Of a stretch of 64,000 nucleotides of DNA, positions 1 through 11,644 are shown piece after piece. The DNA comes from Asterionella formosa (lineage: Eukaryota). The position numbers and the translations under genes are program-made. Under the pieces are notes generated by a model. That model saw only the letters and a list, made by a program, of their open reading frames with translations, had not been told where the DNA came from and did no database searches. The stretch spans positions 1 through 64,000 of the forward strand of contig NKIB01009122.1 of assembly GCA_002256025.1 (NCBI GenBank), given 5' to 3'. The stretch's first letter is position 1; every line of letters begins with the position of its first letter.

Positions 1-886
1 ACAATAATTGCGGTTGTCGATACAGAAATTATATGATCGGCCATAAAAAAATATTGTTAGTTTGCCCCAAAATTTATGTGGGTTTATAAAAAATTTAGGA
101 AGTTGTCGAAAATATCTTAGTTCACTCCTATCATATATATTCTATGATGCATCACATTTTATATTTTATATCATACCCTTAAATTATGAATATAGCCCAA
201 TTTGTCATAGTGGGCCACCCAAAATTTTAATTTGGGTGATCATATTTGACTAGCGTTTTTTTTGTGGTGGCTGTACCAATAATCGGCGTTGTAGATGATG
301 TTGTTGTCTTGTCAATCTTGCAATGGCAACATAATGTTAACAATCATGGAAATGTAAGTGACAACAAGGATGAGGCAGGTAAAAATCACTTAACCAAGCA
401 ATAAGCAGGATGAGAGAGGGCAAAGACTACATTCAACCCAGCAATATTACTACTTAAAGAAGAAATGTCTAAACAGGCAGGAGAAATGAAATTCAGAGTT
501 TTATCATGATCGAAGGTGGCTGATTTGATGCTTGCTTTCTTGGCATAAGAAGTTTGAGGATATTCAGAATGAAAATATGGAACTTTTTGAGAGCAATATG
601 CTGCTTACAAAAACAAAGAATTCTATTCAAATTCAAAATGAGTCGGGCTTAGAGGTGCACTAATCACTGGCATGGATCAATTCATTGATGCGAAGACGAA
701 AGTGACAAGTCCAAATCACATGGAGAATCTGGTTGCTGAGTTGCTTGCTAGGAGGCAATGTTGAGTTGGGGATTGCCAGTCACATTTGTGCACTCAAGGT
801 TTCCCTTGAGGTAGATGAACAGCTATGGTGGATAGGAAAGAATCCAGGAGTTTCTGAAACTTAGTAGAATAGTTCCTACTTCATAC

Positions 887-1050
887 CGTCTGCAAATAAA
901 AACTATCATAGTTTCCATGATGCATCATAGGATTGTGATCATCTGATCATAATATTTCGTTATATCATCTAATAATTTTGATAAATGCCCTTGTAATTTA
1001 AAAAGTAACCCTTTTGACTACATATATTTAATTATTATATGTATTGTTTC
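887..1050 (+). repeat. Left arm of ~165-bp inverted repeat (partner at 16317-16478), rich in ATCATA/TATGAT; probable DNA-transposon end
   Basis: cgtctgcaaataaaaactatcatag...tcatctaataattttgataaatgcccttgtaattta aligns by eye along its length with the reverse complement of 16317-16478. Confidence 0.85.
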
Positions 1051-1452
1051 TATTAGATTCCTGTATTTGAATTTCTTGGTAGGATAATGCACCAGCTGAA
1101 GTAATGTAATTTGGCTCGTCATTTCCATCCGTCATCACTCCTCGTCATTTTCATCCATCATCACTCCGATTTTTGCAACAACAACAAAATACTAGTAGTA
1201 ATGATAACAAATGGAATGATTGTTTGCGATAACAATCTCGCCAATCAACCCGTAAACAAACACATTCTACTTGTTCTCGTTGACATTTTCAATTCTCACA
1301 TGATACTACATCTACTATTGAGATTCAGCATAGAAGGAGAAACGAAAATGTAACAGACTACTGTCCACATAGCTATAGTTATAGAATGATTCTGATTACA
1401 ATTTCTTTTTCATGTCGCTCGTTTCTGCATTTGGCATGCTGTACTTGTATTT

Positions 1453-1905
1453 ACTATTGAACTTGTCCGCATCTTTGATACCATCAAGAGAGCAAAAGCA
1501 AGTGGCTCACTTCATTGCTGTTTGCTCATTGGACATATTTGATATCCGTATCGTCATTTGCTTGTTGGAACTGTCCGTTGCCTCAAGCCTGCTTGGCGTG
1601 TGCGTACACACACTGCCGACTTGTTTTCATTGGTATGTTGTTCTTTTTTTCACTGTTGAACTTATCCGCATCTTTGTTACCATCAATTGAGCGACAAGTG
1701 GGTGCGTCTCTTCATTGTTGTTTGCTCCTGGAAAAGTCGGTGTCCGTGTCATCCTCATAAATAGAGGGACAAGTGTCCTTCATCATTGCGGTTTGCCGCT
1801 GGAAAAATTGGTAACCGTGCTATCGTCATTTGCTTGGTTGAACCACTGTCCGTTGCCTCAAACCTGATTAGCGTGTGTGTATGTGCACTGTCGACTTGTT
1901 TACAT
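1453..1905 (+). repeat. Degenerate tandem duplication (~1453-1632 and ~1652-1905)
   Basis: Both copies share ttgaactt(g/a)tccgcatctttg, tatcgtcatttgcttg, actgtccgttgcctcaa and cgacttgttt. Confidence 0.75.
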
Positions 1906-4568
1906 TACAGGAGTGACTTAGCTACTAAAGTGCGTCTTATAATATCATACTCCATAGTACGATGCAGAATACTACAGTTCCCAATCATCTCATCATGATT
2001 GATAAGATGATAATGTGACATCAAGATAGGGTTACATCGATGCATACATCGCCAAAGTATGATACGTAATATTGAATAAAGTATATCACATAACTATGAT
2101 GAATTGATCATAGAACTGTGATGATTTTTTAAAATGTGCATGATATAATTTTGATCAAAATATCATCATGTTAAAATAAAACAATGATAATAAAATACGA
2201 TAAAATATTTACTTAAGTGTTATCAATACATCATAGAAAATCAATCAATCAATCATAAAGTATGTTACTTAATTTATAAATTTGACATTAAATGTATACA
2301 GTAAGAGCCAACAGTTAATATGATAGTATTATATGGTGGATAGGATCTGAGTATAAGGATGCATTGATATGTACATCACCATAATATGATTTGTGATATG
2401 GATTGATGCATATCACATACCGGTATCCTCAACAACCAGCCATTACGTTCATTGTCATGTCGTTTTTACTTGTTATAGCTATGAATACCAGCATATGTAT
2501 TGTGTAAACACTACGCTGGCGGAACATGCATATTACACTGTGCTCTGTTCAAAAATTACTACACTCGGTTACCATCACACCAGCTGCACCTCCACAAGCG
2601 CCGCAAAAAGCTCCGCGTTTCCCTTCCACTGTTTTACATCATAGTCCTCTGGCCCTTTGACAACTTTCCAAATGGCATTTCATGGATTTCATGCAAAGAA
2701 TCAGTCAAACAAGAACCGTGACATACTTCCGTTGTTTACACTACACGACTTTATGTTTTCGGAAAAGAAGATGAAGAAACTTATGAAATCAATCGAAGAT
2801 TTGCTCCTTTGAATACACTCAAAGATCAGATGAATTTGAACAGATTCATAATACTCCAGAAAAAATGAAGTATGCCAAGGATACAATAGTAGCAGAGATT
2901 GAAAAGAAGGAAAGATTGCTTTCGAAGAGCACGGAAACCCAAACAGTTATTCTTCGCGGATGAACACTCTTTTTTTACAGAGTCATATTTCCATCCAGTG
3001 TCATATTTTTCTCATTTGTCTCCTGCTAAAAATGGTTCTCCACAGCTTGTCCTGCCTATAAAATACACTGGAGCAAGAACATCACGCCAGACTTGGTATC
3101 CATGGCTTCCCCTGTCAATGTCCTTTGACTGCCCAAAACGATAAAGCGTGCACCTAATAAAGTCATCAATATCCATAGTCTGGAAGGAGTTATATTCTGT
3201 TAGACCAGCTGGTGAGTCATGAATTATGTTAGAATTTTTAAATTCAAACATATTTGATAAGAATATAATCACCAACTCAAAAGATGATGCTTTCAGAGCA
3301 TCTCCCGCCCTGCAACAAGAACTTACCTAAGATTCCTTTAAATTGATTATTCAATACATTCTGACATTCTCTCAACTTTTTAATGCAAATGCCACCAAAT
3401 GTTGATTTAATATAATCTTAAAGTGCCTTGTTGGTACGTTCAATGGTCTGATTCATCGGAATTAGTGCATCAGAACCATTCCATATGAAGTCGGCAAGCT
3501 CTGGGTCACTCTCCAATTTTTTGCCTAACTCCGATTTCACTGTGTACAGCCGAGTTAGGCAACATTGGACAAACTAGCCAATCCTGTTTGTGATTGAAAA
3601 TGCCTTTCATACTACTTGGACCAGATAGGCAGGGCGGGATGTTTGATTCTCTTTTGGGACCAGAAAAAAGCACATTAGATTGATATTCTGTTTTACAGTA
3701 CCTGCAATTCGCAAACTATAACCTCAAACTTATATGTTCACAGCAAAACTTCTTGGTCTTGAAAGCAAATAAAACTCACAACCTTTGTGACAATTGATGG
3801 ATCAGTTCAATTTTAGCTAAGCGGGAACGACGTTCTGATTAGGCTGCTGAAATTGAAGATTCTTGATAACCTTGTATGGACGAGTTTTGAACCGAATTAG
3901 GACCTTTGTAGTGATTGAGTTCATTGACCAATTGATAATATCCTTTGGAAATTGCAAAATGTTTTTCCCTCAGTTTGTCATGTACTTGTTGGTCCGTGCG
4001 ATTAGGAAATTTATGATATGGTACCATGTCATCCATCTGCATCCGGGAGTTATTAATGGTATCTTCGACAGGAGCCATTTTTCTTGTATCAACAACTGAA
4101 AAAGAAATGTCATCATCGCTTTCAGTATCAATTACGGGATCCTTTGTACCAGTAGCTGATGGTGTCCCCATCAACGATGGGGTTGTAAACCCCCAACTCC
4201 CTGTCGCCGATTGGGTTCCTTTGGATAATTATCTATTCGCTTTTTCTTTGTTATCTCATTTTGGTACTTGCTTCTTTGTTCCATACCAGCAGTATTTGCC
4301 ACATGTCGCTTGTTTCTTCTATGAACCTCTTTATGGTTTTTTGAAGACTTTGTAATACTCTAATTTTTGTCGTTGTCTTCCTTAAAGTTCGATGATCTTA
4401 AAATCAGGTGTTGCTAGCTACAATGAAATGAATCATCATCCACTACATATAGTATTTTACGCTGTCTACATATGATATCATAAAACCAACAGTGCTATTT
4501 ACATTATCGTATACAAAATCAGAACCGAGTTTGAGTAATGGCATATCTGGTTTTCAATTATACCATTA

Positions 4569-4763
4569 TATGATCCTGAAACTAGATGCTTTACTGTCCC
4601 ACTGTAGTAGCAACAGTCCTGAACATATGGTGTTCTGTTGCTCGCTTACTACTCCGTTTACCCTCTTTCAAATTTACGATCATACGATCCTGAAACTATG
4701 ATGATTTACTGTCCCGCTGCAGTAGCAACAGTCATGAACATATGGTGTTCTGTTGCTTACTAC
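4569..4763 (+). repeat. Tandem duplication of an ~82-bp unit (4569-4652 and 4683-4763)
   Basis: gatcctgaaacta...tttactgtccc...agtagcaacagtc.tgaacatatggtgttctgttgct occurs twice. Confidence 0.85.
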
Positions 4764-6205
4764 CTGGTACTCTGACTACCTGGTACCCCCAGTATATCAC
4801 TTCCTACCTGCTACTGGCACTCTGTATATATATGATAAAATGTTATTGTCATTTGATGTACCGGTACACATGAAGAACTCCCGCCCAAGAAAGGGGCTTA
4901 AACAATTTGCTACCAAAATCCTTGCATATAAATATTGATACAAATGGGTTATGACTTAGTACACCAATTGAATGGTCTAAATAATTAGTTCCAACGGTCG
5001 TAGAAAATATTGATGTAAACAAATATCAAAAAAACAGTACTGGTACATGAAGTCGTGGAAAACAATGGAGATATAGTGCATTGAATATTTTCGAATTATC
5101 TATATGCAAATATGATCATCTCAATAATACCAGACGTTCCATATTGTGAGTGCCTTTGAATTTTATAAATGTACGACACTTGATATATATATACATTTAC
5201 AAATTTTATAACTATTTACATGGCAAATTTATTTGAAATCGTTCTTTCATGTTAACAAACAATACCTGGTTCATGAAAAGAAATATCGGAGTAAAGCACA
5301 TGACAAGAAAGGAAAAGTTTACGCAATAACGAAAAACACTGTGGCTTCGACACATTGCGCCTTCGAAGGATGGAGTATGTTTAAGGTAATGAAGCCATCA
5401 ATGTGTTACTTGGATGAAAATCGTTGGGACTCAGGACAACAACAAATTGTAAATTGAATGCACATATCCTTTTTTCTCAGTTGATTCAATAGCTCGTTTT
5501 GCTTGTTGGGGAGCACCGATGTGAAACAAAACAAATTTCGTAAGTGCTCTTGTCGTTGGACCTATTCACTTCTGTTGGAACATAACTGACAGACAAGCCA
5601 CATTTACCTTCTCTCAAAGTTAAGCTAACGAAAATGAATCGGTAAGTTTTATTCGGCAACATTGGAAACCTGAAACTTACTTATTCAAGAGTTTACTGAC
5701 AATTTACTATCACAGACTTATGCATCACTTGCTTTGATTTGTGGTAAGTGAAGCAAGCAAGAGGATACAATGGAATGGCGTGATGTTGTGTCAGTGTAAT
5801 ATGTCTAGCTAACAAGGCTTTCCTTCTCATTGTTACTGTAACTGCATAGGACAATAAAACCGATCAAACAACGGAATAGTCGGCAAGTTCAAAATGACAC
5901 TAATAGCAGGGAAAGAGACGCAATATTAGTAAGGCATTGCTTGGCACAAGATTCAGAATAGAGGAAGAAAAGGGCGAGACAGGAATATACATTGAGATGA
6001 GTGGAGAGGAGAGAAACATTCCTCGTGTAGCTGAGGAAACAGAAATACAATTGCTAAATTTGTTAATTAAATTACAATTTTTCCAATCCTTTTTGAACAA
6101 TGCTTGTGATTAGAATTATGATCATGTTTTAGATAAATTTACGATGAAACAATTCACATGATAGCATAGAGTTGAGCTGATTTTAGGATGCATTGTAGTA
6201 ATAAT

Positions 6206-7025
6206 TTACATCGGGCGATCATGTAGACGTAAAACCATTTCCATGTCGTCCTTTGTAGGAGCTCGCAAATATTCTGTTCCATACCTGCTGATTATTGAGT
6301 TACAAAACACTTTTAGGTTGTGGAGTGTAGTCAATTCAGCCATTCTTGTGAGGTCATCCATCTGATCCGCCAAAGTTCCGTAAGCCAACATTCGAAGCGA
6401 TGAGGTTAACTTTTGATGCGGCGAAAAAAGACCAGATCCAAGGCATCTTTCTTCTGTTCAAATTATGGATTCGCCTCAACCAAATCTTCAAGAATCTTTT
6501 CAAATAAGGAGCAATGCATCCGGAAGCACCTCCTGAAATGTGTAGGTGGCAGAGTAGATTGGATTCTTGCCGGAATAGTTGTCCTTCAACAGCTTATCGT
6601 ACTCTGCGCGAAAGCGATTCACGTTACTAGCCTTGCCAGCCTGGGAACCTCCTCCCCTATTTTGTATTTTCTTTGCATCATTCTCACCTTTTTGTTGACG
6701 ATGCATCTTGCGGAAATGGTAGCTAGAGGCGATCATCATCAGATGAGTCGCTATCATTGCTCATTGTTTCATTTTGTGTTTATATTGCTATGTAGTAGTA
6801 CATACCGCTGTATCAATGATACACATATAAAGACAATATAGCTCTATTTCTATTTGCTAAAATTTCGGCACAAGATTTGACTATTTTTAGGATTTGGTCG
6901 ATGCGGTGGGAAAAGATATGAAGAATTCGACTATTGATAAAAAATTTCTTGATGACCAAGTGACATGTATTGATGTTTTCAACTGCAATTGGCTTTGGTA
7001 TTTGGTTGATGCACTGGAGATGCTC
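6206..7025 (-). mobile_element. PIF/Harbinger transposon remnant: 5' TIR plus frameshifted, 3'-truncated transposase
   Basis: Minus-strand peptides KLTSSLRMLAYGTLADQMDDLTRMAELTTLHNLKVFCNSIISRYGTEYLRAPT and NYSGKNPIYS resemble Plant_tran/Harbinger transposases. The minus strand reads TTA-GAGCATCTCCA at 7028-7015, a PIF/Tourist-type terminus with a TAA/TTA target. Confidence 0.8.
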
Positions 7026-7699
7026 TAAGAAGAAAACGGCGATCGCAATTATTATTTTGAAAACACAAGTTTTATCGTAATGAAATTCAAACAGTTTCCG
7101 GGTTTCCGGTAAACCAAAAAATACCTGATTTCGCGACATCCGTGAGTGAGCACTAAAATAAAAAAAATGTAAAATGCAAACAAGCAAGCAAACAATTCAT
7201 ATTTCATTTGACTATCGGTGGTATTTCCTCTACCTGGTTCATGATGGTGAGTCCTGGGAGGAAAAAGGTACCTGATGGTAGCGAGACCTAACCCTCTTTT
7301 TGGTTCAAATTGCTTGATGATTCAGTTAGACCATTTATCATATGTTGATATTTCGAATGACTGCTTCTTCCATCCAGAGGCATCGACCCGAACATTCATT
7401 AGAAGCACCTGGACTAGTGTTACATTTTGAGCAATGATAAGTAGATAATTTGTAGTAACGTTCGCTCAATTACATTCCAGGTATGCAAATTGAAGGTTGG
7501 TGACAGCTTTATTTAGTCGGAAATACACAATAGATCGGGCTAGTGGGAACAAGGATTGCATACTATGTCACATTAATCATTTAGACTCATGTGGCACTAC
7601 ATGATGACAGCACTATTTTGACAGAAGGGATAGATTTCACTTCCAGGTTTTTGATGGTGCCAGGAACCAATTCCTTCAATTGGCCCTGTTCCTTTTGTT

Positions 7700-9163
7700 T
7701 CATTCATAGGGATTTGCACCCTGGATTTTCCTCCGTGAAACACCTTTGAGCAGCTTCCAAGGCTTCTTCAGTGTTGTGCTTTTCTTGCTCGGTTGGGCAT
7801 ACTTATAAGATTCTTCACTATCTTCGCTTTCCCCAGAAGACGACTCACTGTCATCATCAGACTGGCTCAAAGACCGATCCGGACCTTGACGACCTTTCTG
7901 TTCTCTTCGACGAGGGGAGGTCCTCCTATTGGACTCGCCTCGTCGATCTTCGTCCAAGGAATCTTGGGATTCCTCACTGAGAACATACTCTTCATAGCTC
8001 TTAAGGCTACGAAAGAGTTCATCAGATTCGACGGAACTACATGACGACGACGGTCGGGAATTATCAAGAACTGGTGCTGGGTTGTTTGAACTTTCTTTCC
8101 CGGTCCGAGTTCGTGTATGATCCTTAGTCGTCGGCGAAGGTGCGCCATCATCAATAGTTTTCTGGTCCGGGCGGCACTGAAAAGCGTTGGTGAGGCTGAG
8201 AATAGTGCTCGCCATGAATGAGGAACTGCGACTCTCGACTGTTTCGCGTGAGTGGATACTTTCACTTGACAAGTCATCGGAGTACGTTGATCCGTCCTCG
8301 TCGGAAGAGGTATGGTCTCTGTATGGATTCTTGTTTCGTTTACTATTCTTGAAATTATCCATGAAATAGCCCAGATCTTCGCCACTCGGACCAGTTTCAA
8401 CTTTAGTGGATCGAGGAACGCGTACCTCTTCTTTTTTGGGCTTTCGTGTTGTCTCAACACGGATTGCCACCTGCCTTGTGATATCTTTTTCTCCTTCTTT
8501 TTCTTCTTCTTCCTCCGCCGACGTCATGGAAAACAAACTACCACTAGGCTCTTCTTTAATTGCTTCAGGGACGGCGCCTCGTCCAAGTTGCGATGACGTC
8601 TGCAAATTATTGGGCACTCTTCCACCGGCTGGCACAACTATAGGCCGAGTATTCATAGTGTGCCCAACATTGCGGCTCGACATACTCAGATGACTGCCCG
8701 AAGCTACTGATCGGTTGTCGAAACTAATAGCTTGGCCAGCATGGTGAGATCTTACGGAAGGACTTTTGGACATGTCATATTGAACTTGCATCATCTGAAG
8801 CTTGTGGTCCATCAACGACTCCGTATTGGAGAGCAAGTCCCACTCGGTACCTTGGCGATAGCTGTTGGAGGCCGAAACCAAAGCCATGCTCGCAATAACT
8901 TCTGCTTGCTGCTTGATTTTGCGCCTTCTCAGCATACCTTTAGGTCCATTGCCTAGATCCTTTTCGTTTCCCATCAAGACACCTTGGGCGGCAGCTTTTG
9001 CCGTCTTGAGTGCTGTTTTTTCTGTGCCTCCAGACAAGAGAATGGACTTTGCAGCAATCGTCGCTTGCGACGTAGCCTGCGAGAGGAGTCTAGCATCATA
9101 TTCACTCTCGAAGTTAACTGATTCCATGGCACCATCATCGTCAATGCTGTAATGAGATGACAT
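7700..9163 (-). CDS. Hypothetical protein, 487 aa: Ala-rich helical N-terminal block, then a Ser/acidic/basic disordered region
   Basis: Uninterrupted ATG-to-stop ORF; motif QATIAAKSILLSGGTEKTALKTAKAAAQGVL; no recognised domain. Confidence 0.8.
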   Translation of the reverse strand: MSSHYSIDDDGAMESVNFESEYDARLLSQATSQATIAAKSILLSGGTEKTALKTAKAAAQGVLMGNEKDLGNGPKGMLRRRKIKQQAEVIASMALVSASNSYRQGTEWDLLSNTESLMDHKLQMMQVQYDMSKSPSVRSHHAGQAISFDNRSVASGSHLSMSSRNVGHTMNTRPIVVPAGGRVPNNLQTSSQLGRGAVPEAIKEEPSGSLFSMTSAEEEEEKEGEKDITRQVAIRVETTRKPKKEEVRVPRSTKVETGPSGEDLGYFMDNFKNSKRNKNPYRDHTSSDEDGSTYSDDLSSESIHSRETVESRSSSFMASTILSLTNAFQCRPDQKTIDDGAPSPTTKDHTRTRTGKESSNNPAPVLDNSRPSSSCSSVESDELFRSLKSYEEYVLSEESQDSLDEDRRGESNRRTSPRRREQKGRQGPDRSLSQSDDDSESSSGESEDSEESYKYAQPSKKSTTLKKPWKLLKGVSRRKIQGANPYE

Positions 9164-9806
9164 GCTATTACTTGTTTTTCTGCTCCAAGAATAGAGAACC
9201 AGTTTTCCAGCCGTTTACAATGAGAAACCGAAAAGAGATAACTCACAAACTCAGCACGTCGACTCCTTCCAGTTTTATTTCGCCCTCTGTTGGATCGCCA
9301 ATGGGGAATGATCTCGTACTTTTTGGGGCCGCAACTATGTGAGAGTATTGGCGAGGTGTCGTTTTGTGAGAGTTGTGAGGATAGCGAGCACGTCAGTGCG
9401 CCTTTTGGCGAGGAAGCGGCTTCTCCGCGCATGCGTTCTATTGTCACACATTTCAATACTAAAAAGTTACGGTTGCATGTATCATATATATACACCACAC
9501 TGCATTCACCTAAACAACAAGTAAAAGCGTGACTATTTTTTGTTCGCTGCCAACACAAAACGGACCATAATTAGCAATCGACTCACTCGAATGAAACAAT
9601 CAACACGAACGTCAGCCACAAACTCTTGGCCACAATGGAAAGGCAGCAGCCTGCCCGCTCGAGTCGTCATCCTCGTCATCGGCACGCGTCGAAATAATGG
9701 CCATTGGTACGATTGTTTGTCAAATCGCAACGAGTCGAGAGGTCGAGTGATGGTGGCTGATGATACTGAAAAGGAGCGATGCATCACGCAAATGCGATGA
9801 TGCCAT

Positions 9807-9855
9807 GGTACCTGGTACCTGGTACCAGTTACCTGGTGAGTACCTAGTACCGGTA
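9807..9855. promoter_or_regulatory. TACCWGGTAC array upstream of the 7700-9163 gene
   Basis: ggtacctggtacctggtaccagttacctggtgagtacctagtaccggta; the regulatory role is inferred from position only. Confidence 0.5.
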
Positions 9856-10007
9856 TCTATTTCATAGCTCGGCAAAACCTGTACATTGGCCAGCAATAAT
9901 CACAACAAACATGCACATTCCCACGTATTACAGAATCAATGTTATGTAGCAAATGTATGCTTCAGGTAAAACACAACCGAGAGTGGAGACTGGCTGACTG
10001 TAAGAAT

Positions 10008-11644
10008 TCTTGTGTTGCAGGCTTGGGAGGCATGAGTAGGTTGACTGAATGAGCAGTGCCCCGGTGGTACCACAATGAAGAAAGTACAATGCAATGATAT
10101 GAATCCCACCAGAAGTTAAATCATCCATGAACCAGCCACATCCAGCCAGCATCAGATGATGAATCTACTTGATTCATCAATTAACACAGCTTGTATACTT
10201 AGTCTGAACATGCTGGAAGACAGCAGGGATGTATATAGTGGAATTGCCACCAACACTTTACAGGAAACCATCATTTCATCCCTTCATGTGGTTCATCCTA
10301 CTCTCTTTCAATTTTGGCTGTCAGTTTTGCTTAAGTAAACAGCAGTCAAATGAGGGGCTATAACTAGATATCAACATAGGTTGGTGATATTATACTGCAG
10401 TAACACTGCGGGCTTTTTTAGAGAAAGTTAGTATACTGGTATACTGTATTCACTTGGCGAACATTTAAGCATTTCAATACGCAAATTTTTTGGCCAATAA
10501 CAAAGGATGCAGCAGGCAATAATGGCAGCTACTTAAGTGTATTGGTTCAATCATGTTAATCTACTTGATCATCATCCATCTCTAATGTGATAGTCCTACC
10601 CATTGCTCTACTGACCACAATCTCATTCTAGTAATGACAATTCATTTTTAGAAATAGGATCATTTCAAACACAGCAGGTGATGTTGACTTCCTCATACAA
10701 GTAAGAATGTGCTTTGCAATGGAAAAGAGCCTTACACAACTAACAGAAGTACCAAGGAGGATGTCAAGACAAATATATTTTCTATAGTATGCCGATTTTT
10801 TCTATTTTGGTGTTGCCTAATAGCCCAAGCATTGAACGGAATTTCGCTCTACAAGTATTGCTACAAGACATGCCGGATTTTCTGAAGATTCCTACATAGC
10901 AGTACACTGGCAAAATTTTGGAACAGTTTGGTATTTGGAATATAGAATGACAGTATACTGGTATACTGATACTGCCTCTGGAGCAGTATCAGTATCCAAT
11001 ACTGCAGTATACTTTCACTAACCTCTGGATATCAGTAATCCAATTCCCTTAAATAAATGGCTGTCAAAATCGGCAGAATATAAATGGTAGTATAGCAATC
11101 CAAAAATGGAGCACATGAAGCATACAAAATATGTATTATATGAAGGACAATTGCAGAATTAAGCAATTCAAAAACTGATCACATGAAATATACACGATAT
11201 GTTTCATTTGACGGGCAATTGGTAAGTTCACATCCAACATTCAAACTATCTAAATGATTGTTTTAAATGTTAGCTGAAAGTGCAACATAGAGGCGAAAAG
11301 CGCGCCGATAGCTAGGTTGTGAATTACCTAGTTAAGACCCTGCTCGAAAGGAGTCTTCCTACTTGTAATCTTGTGTACTTGACTTGGGAGGCACAAGTAG
11401 GTTGACCGAATGAGCGGTGCCCTTTCTTATGTTCAGTTTTTGAATTACTCAAGAGTTGACAGCAATTCCACTAGATAGTACATCCCTGCTGTTTTCCAGC
11501 ATGTGCATAATTATTCAAGCTGTGTTCATTGATGAATCAAGTAGTTATTGGTCATCTCATGGATGCGGCTGGATGTTCGATGATTCAACTTCTGGTGGGA
11601 TTCATATCATCGCATCATACTTGCTTCGTTCTGGTGGCACCGGT
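10008..11644. repeat. Rearranged duplication: block A direct (10008-10062 / 11369-11422), block B inverted (10060-10259 / 11451-11644)
   Basis: cttgggaggca..agtaggttgac.gaatgagc.gtgccc occurs twice directly. gatatgaatcccaccagaagtt...ctacttgattcatcaat...acagcagggatgta matches the reverse complement of 11451-11644. Confidence 0.85.
10375..11027 (-). mobile_element. Non-autonomous (internally deleted) hAT element, 653 bp
   Basis: TIRs cataggttggtgatattatactgcagta / rc cagaggttagtgaaagtatactgcagta. 8-bp TSD gatatcaa (10367-10374) / gatatcag (11028-11035). Minus-strand fragment GTSVSCVRLFSIAKHILTCMRKSTSPAVFEMILFLKMN (10628-10759) resembles the hAT C-terminal dimerisation region. Confidence 0.85.

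Noticed and set aside
3295..3305. agagcatctcc as the missing second Harbinger TIR (element 3296-7025)
   Set aside because: Only 11 bp match, the flank is tca rather than taa, and it falls inside an apparently continuous decayed reading frame; chance cannot be excluded
7771..9558. Overlapping alternative-frame and antisense ORFs (e.g. 7867-8460, 8974-9558), and similar ones over glnS, UXS1 and myosin
   Set aside because: Shadow ORFs of real genes with no motifs or independent gene signals
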